A stretch of DNA of 63,862 nt, filler included, from Reticulomyxa filosa (Eukaryota > Protista > Foraminifera): assembly GCA_000512085.1 (NCBI GenBank). It is 25 parts of 25 records of this genome, joined end to end, with 100 filler letters (N's around TTAATTAATTAA, not from the genome) between each part and the next. Parts side by side here need not be neighbours in the genome. Positions count along the whole stretch, not along the records: positions 1 to 1,080 come from ASPP01003965.1; positions 1,181 to 2,199 come from ASPP01042786.1; positions 2,300 to 3,849 come from ASPP01035166.1; positions 3,950 to 8,287 come from ASPP01028621.1; positions 8,388 to 11,360 come from ASPP01013579.1; positions 11,461 to 12,580 come from ASPP01035906.1; 19 more parts are not named here. One strand, written 5' to 3'. The notes below the pieces were generated by a model. That model worked only from the letters and a program-made list of their open reading frames with translations, was not told where the DNA came from and searched no databases. The position numbers were made by a program, and so were the translations under genes. Position 1 is the stretch's first letter, and each line of letters opens with the position of its first letter. This document shows positions 1 to 12,234 of the stretch, in pieces.

Positions 1-2
1 CT

Positions 3-950
3 TCTTCTTCTTCTTCTTCTTCTTCTTCTTCTTCTTGGTTCAATACAAAAAGATATCGCTTCAGATATGACACTTCAACAACAATAACTATCCAATTTTA
101 CAACGGCATTTATTTGCAATATTTTCCTAACCCTGGTGTCAGCATCTATGTTCCTTTCTTTTTAAAGTCAGCCAAAAGCCAAAATGGTGGATTACTCGGC
201 AAGTTCAATGGCAATGCAAATGACGATTGTTTAACAAATGATATGAATTGTTGTAGCTGTTCATCGTGGCAACAAAGTGCAAGAACAGATGCGACAGGTT
301 TTTGTAGCTGCAACTATAATTTAAAAAAATTGGACAAACACCTTTGCTCTAGACGACGCTTATTCGAAGACGACAACAGCACTTCCATATTCGAAAGCAC
401 TTCCCTATTCGAAAGTACTTCCCTATTCGAAAGTACTTCACTATTCGAAAGTACTTCCCTATTCGAAAGCACTTCCATATTCGAAACCACCTCCGAGGCT
501 GTCGTCTTCGACTACAACAGTCTCAATAACACTGAAAAAGAGTATCTTAACTCTACTTGCGACAGCAACTATGAATGCATGTATGACTTATACTTTACTA
601 ATAATAAAACGCTTGCTTTAGCTACAAAAGATACACATGACCAATTTGTTAATAAATCAAAAGAAATTGCTAACAACTTTGACTGCAGTCCTTCTTGTCA
701 AAACAATGCAACTTGCTTAGATAACAATATATGTCAGTGTGTCACTGGCTTTGCCGGAAATCGATGTGAAAATAACATTACTGTCCCTGCATACAATCAA
801 ACATATCTCGATTTCGTCTTAACTCTTCCAACCATTTCACCGACTTATTCGCCTTCTCCTGCTCATCCAAAAAATCTTTCTCTTCCACGCCTTACTTTAT
901 CGTCGTTATTGTTGTTGTTGTTGTTGTCGTCGTTGTTGCTCTTGTTTTGA
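3..950 (+). CDS. Surface protein, 5'-truncated: VWD-like motif, Cys-rich region, STSLFE repeats, EGF-like domain, probable GPI/TM C-terminus
   Basis: The frame is open from base 3. Motifs: GLLGKFNGNANDD (VWD-like), CxxNYECMYD, EGF CSPSCQNNATCLDNNICQCVTGFAGNRC, a P/S/T linker and a terminal poly-Leu hydrophobic tail. Confidence 0.7.
   Translation, partial: SSSSSSSSSSSWFNTKRYRFRYDTSTTITIQFYNGIYLQYFPNPGVSIYVPFFLKSAKSQNGGLLGKFNGNANDDCLTNDMNCCSCSSWQQSARTDATGFCSCNYNLKKLDKHLCSRRRLFEDDNSTSIFESTSLFESTSLFESTSLFESTSLFESTSIFETTSEAVVFDYNSLNNTEKEYLNSTCDSNYECMYDLYFTNNKTLALATKDTHDQFVNKSKEIANNFDCSPSCQNNATCLDNNICQCVTGFAGNRCENNITVPAYNQTYLDFVLTLPTISPTYSPSPAHPKNLSLPRLTLSSLLLLLLLSSLLLLF
378..485 (+). repeat. Six-copy 18-bp coding tandem repeat (STS[LI]FE)
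   Basis: AG(C/T)ACTTC(C/A)(C/A)TATTCGAA repeated six times. Confidence 0.95.
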
Positions 951-1080
951 TTTCAGTTGTATTTTTTGCTCTCTTTAAACAATGAACAACCTTTCAGTAT
1001 CGAGTTTCAAATGACAGTCCCGTGATTTTTTTTATTTTTTATTTTTTTAGTTTGGCATCATACGTTTTCTTATTTTGTTG

Positions 1081-1180
1081 NNNNNNNNNNNNNNNNNNNN
1101 NNNNNNNNNNNNNNNNNNNNNNNNTTAATTAATTAANNNNNNNNNNNNNNNNNNNNNNNNNNNNNNNNNNNNNNNNNNNN
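1081..1180. other. Artificial contig linker N44-TTAATTAATTAA-N44 (first of 24)
   Basis: Identical 100-bp linkers start at 1081, 2200, 3850, 8288, 11361, 12581, 14468, 17557, 19147, 21758, 25991, 27838, 29679, 31340, 35379, 37008, 39151, 42470, 46512, 49731, 50878, 54453, 58766 and 61404. The core gives stops in all six frames. Confidence 0.99.
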
Positions 1181-2199
1181 TTTGGATATTTGATCAGTGG
1201 ATTCAAAGATAAAAATAAAAATGTTCAATGTTTATGTGCAAAATCACTTGGAAAGATTGTAGAAAAATTGAATAGAATTCAATTGAATATTGCATTTCAA
1301 TGTGTAATAAAAAAATTGAATGATAAGAATGAAGACATATTAGTTAGAATGTCAAGTGCAGAATCTATTGGAAATATAGCAGTGAAATTAAGTCAAACAC
1401 AATTGAATGATGCTTTGCAATGTTTGGTGGATGGTTTAAATGATGAACAGGAGAATGGATTTGTTCGTAAATATTGTGCATACTCGATTAAGGGGCTTTT
1501 AATGAAATTAAATGGAATCGATGAAAACACTTTATCATTAAGGCAACCACTTGAAACAACTCTGACAATATTCAAGAAGAATCAATTCAATAATACCTTC
1601 ATGCCGTTATTCAATGAGTTCAAACATGCACGTTCTATCGATTCAGATTGTGTCAAAGAATTGGAAAAATTCTTATGGAGATCAAATGGCCAACAATTTA
1701 ATTCTGCTTTCAAAGTTTTGGCTGATGGACTCAAGGGTAAGAATGGACATGTTCGCTACTTATGTGCCCGCGTAATTGAAAAAATAGCATCGAAATTAAA
1801 TGAAAAACAAATGGACGAAGTACTTGAGTATTTGCTCTTTGGTCTCAATCATTATACTCCTTTTTGTTTTTCATCTAGCATAGATGACATACTTAGTAAT
1901 TTTAATGACAAGCAATTGTATTTATTTACGAAATGTTATTCGCAAATCTTGAAAAAGGACAAGAAGGCAGTTGAAATACTGTCATATATGACAGAGAACA
2001 TGTGGCAACGTGTTGTAATGTATATGTTGAAAAGGGATACCCCAAGAAAGGAAAAGGAGAAGAGAAAATTGATTGATAAGAAATACACACAACAAAATCA
2101 ATTGAATGGAAACAAAGAAATGAATAATCTCAATGATATTCACATGGAAATATCGGCAATCTTTTTATGGATACATATCCCTCGCATTCAATTTAATTC
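1181..2199 (+). CDS. HEAT-repeat protein fragment (truncated at both ends)
   Basis: Repeated units such as LNDKNEDILVRMSSAESIGNIAVKL and LKGKNGHVRYLCARVIEKIASKL. The frame is open across the contig. Confidence 0.8.
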
Positions 2200-2299
2200 N
2201 NNNNNNNNNNNNNNNNNNNNNNNNNNNNNNNNNNNNNNNNNNNTTAATTAATTAANNNNNNNNNNNNNNNNNNNNNNNNNNNNNNNNNNNNNNNNNNNN

Positions 2300-2901
2300 C
2301 AAAATTATTCGTTCTTGGTATTATCCTACACCAGAATATGAACGAGATATTGATGAACAAGTTGATTTTCAATCAATTGAAAATGAAATATATGACAAGG
2401 CTATTTTAGGTCGACATATAATCAACATAAGTATTCCATTGTTCCAATGCTCTGATGAAATGACCATTGAAAGCTATTTAGTATCTCTTGAACGTTTCCA
2501 TCCCGAAATCAAAAATCATGCATCCAATTCTGATGAATTGGAAATTATTCAGTCATTGTTTAGTGATCCACAAGAAAGAGAAAATGCAGTTCAAATACTT
2601 GGTCAAGTAATTATGTTATTGGTTCGTCATATCAACAAAATTCAGCTGTTTAGTTAGATTTTTTTTATATTTGTCACCTTTTTTTATTTATTCTAAAAAT
2701 CAATGGGTAAACACATTGAATAGGGATGAAATGCTGTGCAATTGGATGGAGACAATGCTTTTCGATGAAAGAGATTATAGCTTGTTTGATGAAAAGAACG
2801 GAATTAAATTGCTGGTAAAGCACGTAGGTGAATTATGGCATACATTAAAATATAAAAAAACGGAAAATATTTACAATAAACATTTTTTTAAATTTTGTTG
2901 A
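2300..2901 (+). CDS. C-terminal fragment of a large protein, possibly RNF213-like
   Basis: DFQSIENEIYDKAILGR...IPLF, ILGQVIMLL and LLVKHVGELW loosely resemble the RNF213 C-terminus. One probable intron lies near 2653-2722. Confidence 0.35.
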
Positions 2902-3698
2902 TAAGCCGATACTAATTCTTTACTGCTTTGTTGCTTATTGTTTTTGTTCATATTTTTTTGATGTCAATTGGTTCAAGTAAAGATCATGGACTATCGAATG
3001 TGTATGTTTTTGGAGACAGTTCATTTTACTTCATATTCCAAAAGAAAACAAATCCAACGATTAAAATTTAAAATTAAATATTAAAAAACAATTTTGATTT
3101 GTGATTATTATTGCATCAGGTAACGTTTTAAAAAAATATGAACGAGAACTGATACATAAAACATTCTCTCAAATTTTTTTGTAGTATTAGACTGCATTGC
3201 ACAATCATTTCTTTAAAAAAATTTGGATTAAGCGTTCATTATAGACTTACGATTGAGTACACTCAATATAACAAGCACCGATTTTTTATTCATCTGCCCA
3301 CATCATCATTGTCACTGCTATTAAGAAAATATGCTAAATTGATTGGAAGTCCACGTATTGTACGTTTTCAAATTTCATTTCAAACGCGTTTATCATTGTT
3401 CGCACAAATGCAATAACGGATTTATTCGTGTAAGTAAGTTTTTTTAACTCTCAAAGTATCAAAACTTTTTACTACTTCAGCAAATTGTGTCGCTAATTTG
3501 AAAACATAGAGTCAATTTGGTCTAATTTGATCAGCAAAGAAACGTGACCAATTAGTTCTTTTATTCAATTATGTGCAATTTTTTTATCATTAACCAAATA
3601 AAAAATATCAATGTAATACTTTTTTATTTCTTAAAAAATGGTCACATCCCCTTTTTTAGAAAAAGCAAACTTAAAAAAACTTCAGCAACATTAACAAT

Positions 3699-3849
3699 AT
3701 GAGTAATCGAACTACAACACAAAAATCTTTTGAAAGAGAAACTGAACAAGCCAAACAAAGTCAACAGCTTATTACTAACTTTCAAACTTTGAAGGCGCTG
3801 CCCATTATACTAAGAGATTCTCAATGTGTGCTACACAAACACGAACTCC
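3699..3849 (+). CDS. Kelch-type beta-propeller gene, 5' end (paralogue of the gene at 32721)
   Basis: FQTLKALPIILRDSQCVLHKHEL matches FQSLKALPTPLYLSQCVLHKHEL in the full paralogue. Truncated by the contig end. Confidence 0.8.
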
Positions 3850-4832
3850 NNNNNNNNNNNNNNNNNNNNNNNNNNNNNNNNNNNNNNNNNNNNTTAATTA
3901 ATTAANNNNNNNNNNNNNNNNNNNNNNNNNNNNNNNNNNNNNNNNNNNNTTACTTGTCCTAAAATTATCAAAGCGAGTGCCAATATCCATTTCCACCACT
4001 GGATTGCATATAATGTACTCAAAATGATATACTTGCTCCCCAAGAAATAATAATACCAGATGCTCACAGTAATAAACTGTACTACTTTAAGCATTGAAGC
4101 CACGTTGCAATAATCGTCAACGATGACAGCGACATGATTATGTAATTTGAACAAGCAGAAAATAAATAGAATATGACTACATTATAAAAGAGAAAGATTG
4201 TGGAAGGAACAAAAGGAGTGTTAATTTCAAGTTCCAAAGGTGACTTGACGAATGTAAACATAGCACAACTAGTCAATGAACACTTGCAAGAAGATCTAGC
4301 GAAAAGGGGGTACAACGTAGTACGAGCAGCATTCACTGGCTCAGAAGAATATATCACACTTTGAAAGTCAATTCTAAATACTATCGAAAGTTGCGATAAA
4401 TGTTGTCTGCCGATGCTCAAGACAGTTTTCTAAAATCTGTCAAAAAAAATCAATGAAAAGTTTATTTACGTTAAGAAAATGACAATATGTATGTATTTTG
4501 CTGATTTTAGTTTACTTTACAACATATTTTAGGAATTTATTTAGAATCAAGATGCTATTTGAAGATTTGGATCCTGCTTTTGAATAAAAACCTAAAACAG
4601 TTTGTCTAATTTGTCTTGTCTGTTTATTTCAGTATCGAAAATTTGTAATTGAAACTACCTTTATTTTTTGCAATAAAACAACAAGCAACACCGAAATTAC
4701 TTGGTTTGAACGGTGGAACAACTCGGTTTGAAGCGAAAGAGCCAATAAAAATTAACTGAAAGCTGCCTTTTGCTGCTGAGCAAGATTGAACTCTTGAGGA
4801 TGTTGTCAACAGCAACTATTGTTTGAAAGAAA

Positions 4833-6090
4833 ATGAATCAATCACATTTCCATTCACCCTCTTTCGTTTTAGGTCCAACTTTGACACCTCAAATCCGTGA
4901 AGAAATATTTTTACCTAAAACTGTCTCTTTTGATCCAAATCTTCAAATTTCTCATCTGCTCATTAATATACCAAATTCTAAGTATTTGAAAGTAGAAGCT
5001 TGCCCTGATGAGAAGTCGCAGTGCCAATTTCAATTTACTTCTCAGGAAAAGCAAGATAATTCATCGGATAATAGCGAACAAGCGAAATCATCGGAGAAAA
5101 TAGTGACTCCTGAAAGACTCGAACACAAAAACAATGAGCAAGAACAAAAATTGAGTCTGTTGGTAGGACCAGAGACGCTCCGAAGCATTTTAAGCCCAAT
5201 TTCGGAGAGGGAAAAACCAAAGTTTTCAGTGTCAAGAAAAGTTGGCACAATTTATGAGGACTGGAAAACAAAAGTGAAGAATGAACAAGAATGTAAAACA
5301 AAGTTGGAACCCTTTTTGATCAATGAAATGAAAAAATGTCAACAACTTGCGGAAATGAAAGAAACTCAAAAACATGAGCAAAGGTTACGAATTCTCTACC
5401 GTTTTCGACTGAAAAGATTACACAATACATTTATGCAACAAAAATTGTCTCAATTGTGTACCAAGCCGCTTATTTTCACGCCAAATGGGAAAAATCCATT
5501 CAGCCCTTCCTTGGAAGACATGAAGCAAAAAGTTTTTTGTTGACAATATATTTTCCTCTTTTATTTTTTTATATTGCGGTTTTAAAAAAATTGTTGTTTT
5601 GATTGTGATCGACATGTAATAGATCACAACGTGTAGTGAACGACTTCAAGAATTGTCACTTCCCCAGTATCGAAATGATGTAAATTTTCCAGATGCCATC
5701 GATCATTGTTCCCCAGAAATTTCAAAAATATTGAATGACATGCGGCACATTACCGACATTCGGCAGAGATACCACTGGACGTCTTTTTTTCCCGGTTATC
5801 ACACCGGCAAAGAAAATAAAAAAAAAGCACCTGTCACTACTCATAGCAAAAATGCTGACTCCACAACTTCTGGTATTTTTATTTTCCCACTATATTATCG
5901 TAAACACCGCAATCCGCTGTGCTGAAACTTCTTTTCAGGTGCTAAAGTATTGGACCCACAATTGTCAAAGCGAACAGGCAGCAAAGTATCAGATGCAAAA
6001 AAGGCAGAAATGCTGGCTGCAAGTGAAGACATGATGAATCAATTAAATCAGTTCGAAATGAGGCTGGAAGGCCACTCACGTAAAAAGTGA
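4833..6090 (+). CDS. Hypothetical intron-containing protein
   Basis: A 236-aa ORF with a coiled-coil-like segment, followed by further coding-like segments. No recognised motif; the 3' end is approximate. Confidence 0.5.
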
Positions 6091-6404
6091 GCTTTCCCCT
6101 TTGCAGGGTTTTTAGTAAACAAACCGTTATTACTGTATTTCAAGTTTTAAATTTGACAAAATTTTGTAAAACCTTTAAAAAGCATACATGAACAAATTTT
6201 TTGTATTCCATTTGCAGAGCATCTTCTGAATTAGAGGGTAAGACGGGGAATCATTTTGTTTGCTGAACAATCCTTAGTCTCTTACTCAGTTAAGCCACAA
6301 TTTTTTTTACTATGCTGGGCGTTAAAAGTAATATTCAGATATTGCTTCTATTTGAAACTTGCAAAAAGTTGCGTGCAAAAAAAAAAAGGTATATTTGTGT
6401 TATT

Positions 6405-7611
6405 TTAAGGTAACAACTCAATCATTCCTTGACAAATGGCAAAAACAAAAAAAGCATTATTTAAAGGGGGTAATTCATCACAAAAGAACTTGTATTCATT
6501 GCCATTGAAAGCAACAATCAAGTGTTTTTTATCGTGACAATGGAAAGTGAAAGTGACTTTCTGGCGAGCAATGGATTGAATATTTTGGGATAAAATTTTT
6601 TTGTTATTGTGAAAGAGACGTCCATCGGATGTGATCATCCACCCGTGTTCATTCAAGCAATCATAGCCATCCCTGCGCATATCTTTATCGCCAATGCCAA
6701 ACCACCCATTGTCGCTCATCCGAAACTTCACCGTCATACTTTTTTGATCCGACAACTCGTGGCTGAGTTTGAGTACTCGACAGACAGGATAGTATTCATA
6801 TTCTTCCAAGCCTCCAGCACACGTGGCCAGTCCAGCAACAGTGCCATCGCTAATGATCGAGTAGTACTGCTTGCTAAACTCCTCATCGAATATATTCCAT
6901 TTCCCTGGCGTTTGTTTCAGAAGCTCTTGCCTTTGCTTCTTCAACGACAGCCAAGACAATGTCATATGCAATTGCTGGCTTCACTATCCTCTGGATCGTG
7001 TACACATTGACTCTGATGACTCGCGCGATCGCGCAACTTGCCTGTCCATTGACACTTCCCTTGCGCGTTTTCGTTGCCACATTTGCTTGTCAGATCTTCT
7101 GTTTCTTCTCTCCACGTCGAGTTCACTTTGTACACTGCCGTGTGTCCGTCGCTCCCTGCTGGACATTTCCCCTTATTTTCAATACACTTTTTGCAATATC
7201 TTTTTGGAGACTTTTCTTCGTGACACGACAACTGCAGATTTACGTACAGATTTTTTTTTTTTTTAAAGTTTTTTTTACGTGCTTTTATGGATTATATGCA
7301 TATATACACACATACATATATATATATGTATATGCTAATAGAATGCTCGTTTTTGTTATTCACTCCCTCTCCTTCTTTTCAATTTTTTTTTGTAAGAGGT
7401 TTGCGATATGCAAGTTGGCTTGCCAAGGACGAAAAAAGGGGCTTTGTTTTTTTCATTTTGTAAAAACCTCCACTGGCTCTTTCGCGGCTTTTGAACAGAT
7501 CTCACAGGCATACTTTTGCAATGTCGCCTTATCGGCAACAAATATACTCAAATCGTACCCATGCGACACTGGCACAGTCTCAGACTTATTTTTTGCATCT
7601 TCTTTTTCCAT
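6405..7611 (-). CDS. RING/TRAF-type zinc finger plus SPRY/NHR-like protein (one frameshift near 6980)
   Basis: Exon 1 (7611-7468) reads MEKEDAK...YACEICSKAAKEPVE. Intron 7467-7232. Exon 2 reads LSCH...CKKC...CP...C...CQWTGKLRDRASHQSQC. A beta-sandwich-like C-terminus (GWFGIG, GWMITSDG) follows in another frame. Confidence 0.7.
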
Positions 7612-8387
7612 GATCAACTATTTGTTTATAGAGTTTTTTGCAGGAACCTTTCCGAACCTTTACAGTTTTATATAATAAATTCAAAATTAAGGAAAAACAA
7701 AGGCCATAAAACAAGTCACAGCTATGAAGCACTGTAAATGCTAAAAAATAAAATCTTTTTAAACATAATCTCATCTTCTTCACGAAAGCTCTATAAGATA
7801 TAATTTGACTGATGTTTTAGTTACATTATCTTTTTGTCACGTAGTGAAATTTGGCAATTCACGCTCCTGCAAACAAATTATTTATACTTTTGTAGGATAA
7901 TCTAAACAGTAATACATGCCCCAACATTCGTAGTCTTGAGTTGGCCACTCAAAAATAAAATAATAAAAATGCTTTTTTGTGGGAAATTGAATAAGATGAC
8001 CTTTGTTTGATTTGACTATCAGAACAACTCTGCAATATATATTGAACTCTTGTTGGCTCAATGCACAAAAATAAATAAAGAATTTCAATTGATAATTTTT
8101 TTATTGAGAGAATTAACAATACGGTATCAGAAAATAAAAGTAAAAGGGCTTTGATAATATTTTTTTAAAAAAAAGCAGTAAATGCGCTGCACACTGCAAG
8201 TGTGACATCTGTTTCTCTAATGTATCAGAGATTATAATTCGAGTATTTGTGACAATACAAGAGCAAGAGGAAAGACTCGAGAGTAAGNNNNNNNNNNNNN
8301 NNNNNNNNNNNNNNNNNNNNNNNNNNNNNNNTTAATTAATTAANNNNNNNNNNNNNNNNNNNNNNNNNNNNNNNNNNNNNNNNNNNN

Positions 8388-9440
8388 TTTGGATTATTGT
8401 CAAAAACTCTTGCGATTCAATTGACTCAAGGCATCGGTAATGTGGTCATGTTTGCAATTGGTCTGTATTGCTGGACTCAATCTCCGAGGTTTTTGGATAT
8501 GTTTGCATTGCGTCGTGAATTGCGGTATCTAGGAACGATCGGAATTTGCAGTGTTGTCATCTGGATCATCCTGACCATCGTCGCGGAGACCAAAGGGAGA
8601 GTCCTGCTGCTGAGGTTCCTCATCACCACAGACTATGTGGTCACGATCTTATTTGTGCAATATTTACACACTCACTATGTATTGGTTTTATGCGGGTTCG
8701 ATTATGGCTTATTGCCATGGGCTGTGTTTTATGCCCCTTGTTCTAAAGTTTAATATTCTTTCAAAAAAAAAAAAAAAGGGCAGAAGGAGGAAAAAAATGA
8801 ACACATTTAAAAAACAAAATTTTAATGGCTCTTTACTGCAAGAGGGGAAAAAAATCTTTAGAAAAAGTATGGGCCTAGTGGTGAACACAAGATTTCTGGC
8901 GTTCGATCTTTAAGTGCCGGTGTTGAACCAATAACATCTGAAACAGCTTTACGGATGGTGCTACAAAAATCAGAGTATTTAACATTGTTTGCACAATTTT
9001 TGGAAAAAGAATACTCACTGGAAAATTTACTTGCGTTTGTGGAGTTGCATCAGTTTTTGGGGGAAATGATTAGTGAATATCAAGTATTAAATGAGTCATG
9101 GAATGAAACATTCCGCTCCTATGTTCTATGCGAAGAAATGCCATTGTCGTATATCAATCAACAAGGACAAAAGGATGAATGGGGTACCAAGTTCAAAATG
9201 TTGCATGACAAGTACTTGAACGGTTATAATAGTGTGTATGAATTGAATATTAGTGGATCTCTGCGAAGGCAATGCTTGCAAATTGTGGAGAAGCCTGATT
9301 TCACTTTAGAGGATGTCGTTGCATTGTTAGTGTCCGTTTTGCAAAGCGTTGTTTATTTGTTGATAGACTCACTAACCAGATTTCGACAAACACCGGAGTA
9401 TCACAATGCAGAGCATCTCATTATTGAAAAAGGATTATAA
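8388..9440 (+). CDS. Transmembrane (7TM-type) RGS domain protein, 5'-truncated
   Basis: Three hydrophobic helices, a phase-0 intron at 8748-8861, then RGS motifs FAQFLEKEYSLENLLAFVEL, ELNISGSLR and DSLTRF. Confidence 0.8.
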
Positions 9441-9822
9441 TTTTTTATTTTCTTCTAATTTTATGAAGAGGGTTGTTTTTCTTGTTTGTGTAACTTCTCT
9501 TCGGGTTTTTTCTTTTTTTTGTCCCCTTATTTCTCTTTTTCGAAGATAACTAGTGAGTGTGATTTTCAATCCGACTGATGTGGTTATTTATTCTTTGTTA
9601 ATTGAAACGAAACACTTGCTATGGAAATTCAAAAAAGAAGCATTTTGTCATCCCGTCCTCTCCAAGTCTTTGATTTTTCAAGTTAGCATTGCTTGACAAA
9701 AAAAACAATCATAATGACAATAACTCAATGAAAATAAAAAGACAACCCAAGCAACTATTTGTTTGAAATTCAACACTTGCACTTTTTTTTACTTGATAAA
9801 TTGCTATTGCCCGCAAAGTCAA

Positions 9823-11322
9823 TTAGTTAATGTCTTCCAAATCTTCATCTTCGTCTTTGTTTTTACCTTTGTCAGGCATTCTTTCATGATTTGGATTTTT
9901 AACTTCATCCAATTTCAACTCATTAAGATCATCCAATAACTCGTCGATCCTACAATATATTATTTATTATTTACATCAATTTCCAACTTCTTCCAAATCT
10001 AAATTCCAATAGCAAAAAAAAAAAAAAAAAAGAAAACTAACGGAATCTTTGGAACATCCTCATGGCCTTCACTAGTGGCGATACTAGCAACATCATCACC
10101 ACCACGAGCGATTCGTTCCAATTTTTCTCGATCTTTATAAATGTTAATTTTCAAGCGCATTTCCAAGTCCTCTTCCAATTCTCGCATAAACTCTTCTGCA
10201 TCTTCTTCTTCTTTCTGTTGAGTGTGTTTATCCACTTCGTAAGCTTTTTCTTTGGGCAATGTCTTTAACTTCCATTTTCGTTTTCTGGCATGACGACCAC
10301 TACGATTGTAATTTTTCTTCACAATGATGACATCAGGGAGTTTCATTTTGCGAGTGTATCTTAAAAATTCTGTGTTGGTGTTCAAAAACTCACGAGCGTT
10401 GCTCAAGCGTTGCAAATCATACCCGCACACGGTATCTCCTTCTCTGATGATACCCCCCAAATGTGTTACTGTCTCCAATATCATGGCACCGTCAGTTCCC
10501 ACTTCATTTTCACGCACTAACTCCACCTCTGCCAATTGAAACTTATTGTGTCTGACATTCTACAATACAAAACAAATGAGATCAACCAATTGTTATGCTA
10601 TGCTGTTATGTGTGCACGTATAAGAATATACTTTTGAAAAGAGAAAAAGAGGATGTCTAATCCGAGTGTAACTAAATGTTTGACGGCCATGACAAAGAAC
10701 AAAGAAAAATCTTTGGAGCTGGCGATGCTTTCAAAGCGATGAGTGAAATATTGAGAAGAGTTGAACTCGATAACGTGCAATGAGGTTGGATCAATGAGAT
10801 ACAATGCACTAGTTATTTTATAAGCCAACACGATGGGACTGCGTCCACCCAATTTCGTTCGCGCTTTACTTGGGACAATTACCAAGTCGCCCCTACAAAC
10901 TGGAGCAATCTTCAATCAATTGAATAAACAAAATCAAGTTTGATATATGTTAATTCCATTTCAAAAAAAAAAAAAAAAAAAAAGAAATTGATTTAAACTT
11001 CAACAAAAAACGTATATTTAAATTTGGCAATGTTGGACTTGTGATCGTGGGACACCAAGCGTTTGCTTTGTTTGGCTTCGACAGGAACAACACTATGAAG
11101 GAAAGTGACAAATGCCTGTGCGTGACTTCGGCTGGAAAAGAAAAAGTCGATACCATCCCTTTGCTCGGTGATCCCCAAGCATTGGCTGGTCATCCCGTGC
11201 TTCAACAAGACTTGCTCCAAGTACAAAAACGTTCGCTTATGCGTTACTTTTTGTCGCACTTGAACACACGCACGCCACACGTGATGTGTGAATGATGCCT
11301 GGCATTCCGTGCATTGTTGATT
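9823..11322 (-). CDS. NMD3: 60S ribosomal export protein NMD3, multi-exon, 5'-truncated
   Basis: CTEC...WRACVQVRQKVTHKRTFLYLEQ, GIDFFF, EIAPVCRGDL, THLGGIIREGDTVCGYDL, PDVIIVKK, RKWKLK, FMRELEEDLEMRLKINIYK. Confidence 0.95.
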
Positions 11323-11460
11323 CTATTACAATCCCATCATACATTTTGTATATGTATATGNNNNNNNNNNNNNNNNNNNNNNNNNNNNNNNNNNNNNNNN
11401 NNNNTTAATTAATTAANNNNNNNNNNNNNNNNNNNNNNNNNNNNNNNNNNNNNNNNNNNN

Positions 11461-11676
11461 TGCTGTTTATGTTCATTTTTATTTTCAACATTTCTTTGTT
11501 ATTGAAACTTTTATTTTTGCTTTAGTTAATTGTCTTTTTGGTTAGTTAAGTACATTGTATAAACATGCATAATGTGTATTTATTGATTACTTTGTAAGAC
11601 ATTGTAATTTTAGTACTGTTTTTTCCTTCTTTTTGTTTTTTTTGGAATTTCAATGCTACAACATTCTCTACTTAAA
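11461..11676 (+). repeat. Left arm of a 216-bp perfect inverted repeat
   Basis: Reverse complement of 12235-12450 (TGCTGTTTATG...CTACTTAAA). Confidence 0.95.
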
Positions 11677-11690
11677 AAAAAAAAAAAGTA

Positions 11691-11963
11691 TACGGCAAGG
11701 CAGCAAGGAAACTTGGATACTTATGCTCATACAAAGGAGTCAGACCAAGTTTATCTACGTACAATCTATTATACAAGACCATCATCCGTCCGAGTTTCGA
11801 GTATGCATCAGCGGCAGACACTCATAAGAGGCGATTAGAAAGGATACAAAGGATGTATCGAATTCTTGGTGTAATGAACCAGACTGCTCATGACACTGTC
11901 AATGTAATCTATCTCGAATGGCGACGAAGACAAGAAGAAGTGAAAGCTCTGAATTATATCTAA
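11691..11963 (+). mobile_element. Non-LTR retrotransposon (LINE) reverse-transcriptase thumb fragment, degenerate
   Basis: An ATG-less frame reads YGKAARKLGYLCSYKGVRPSLSTYNLLYKTIIRPSFEYASAADTHKRRLERIQRMYRILGV, the classic LYK..IRP..EYA...LERIQ signature. Confidence 0.85.
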
Positions 11964-12234
11964 TGGACTGGTAAATTGTCAGCATTATCTCGTGGATGTC
12001 CATGCGGCTGAGGCTCTTTTTAACTTGAAAGACCTGAAAAAAAAAAGTAGGTTTTCTATTACGTTACTCTTATTGTGTTATTAGGAATATGATTACCAGG
12101 AGTTTCTGCGGTGGGATCACTGCCCAATTTCGGCGCGTATCTTGTTCGGCATGTTTGTACATTTTATTTTCATCCACACTTGCGGCGCTGTCATTGATCC
12201 AATAGATCTCTGGTACGTTATCCTCATTAAATAA

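Noticed and set aside
378-485. 18-bp repeats as a CRISPR array
   Set aside because: There are no spacers. It is an in-frame coding minisatellite in a eukaryotic gene.
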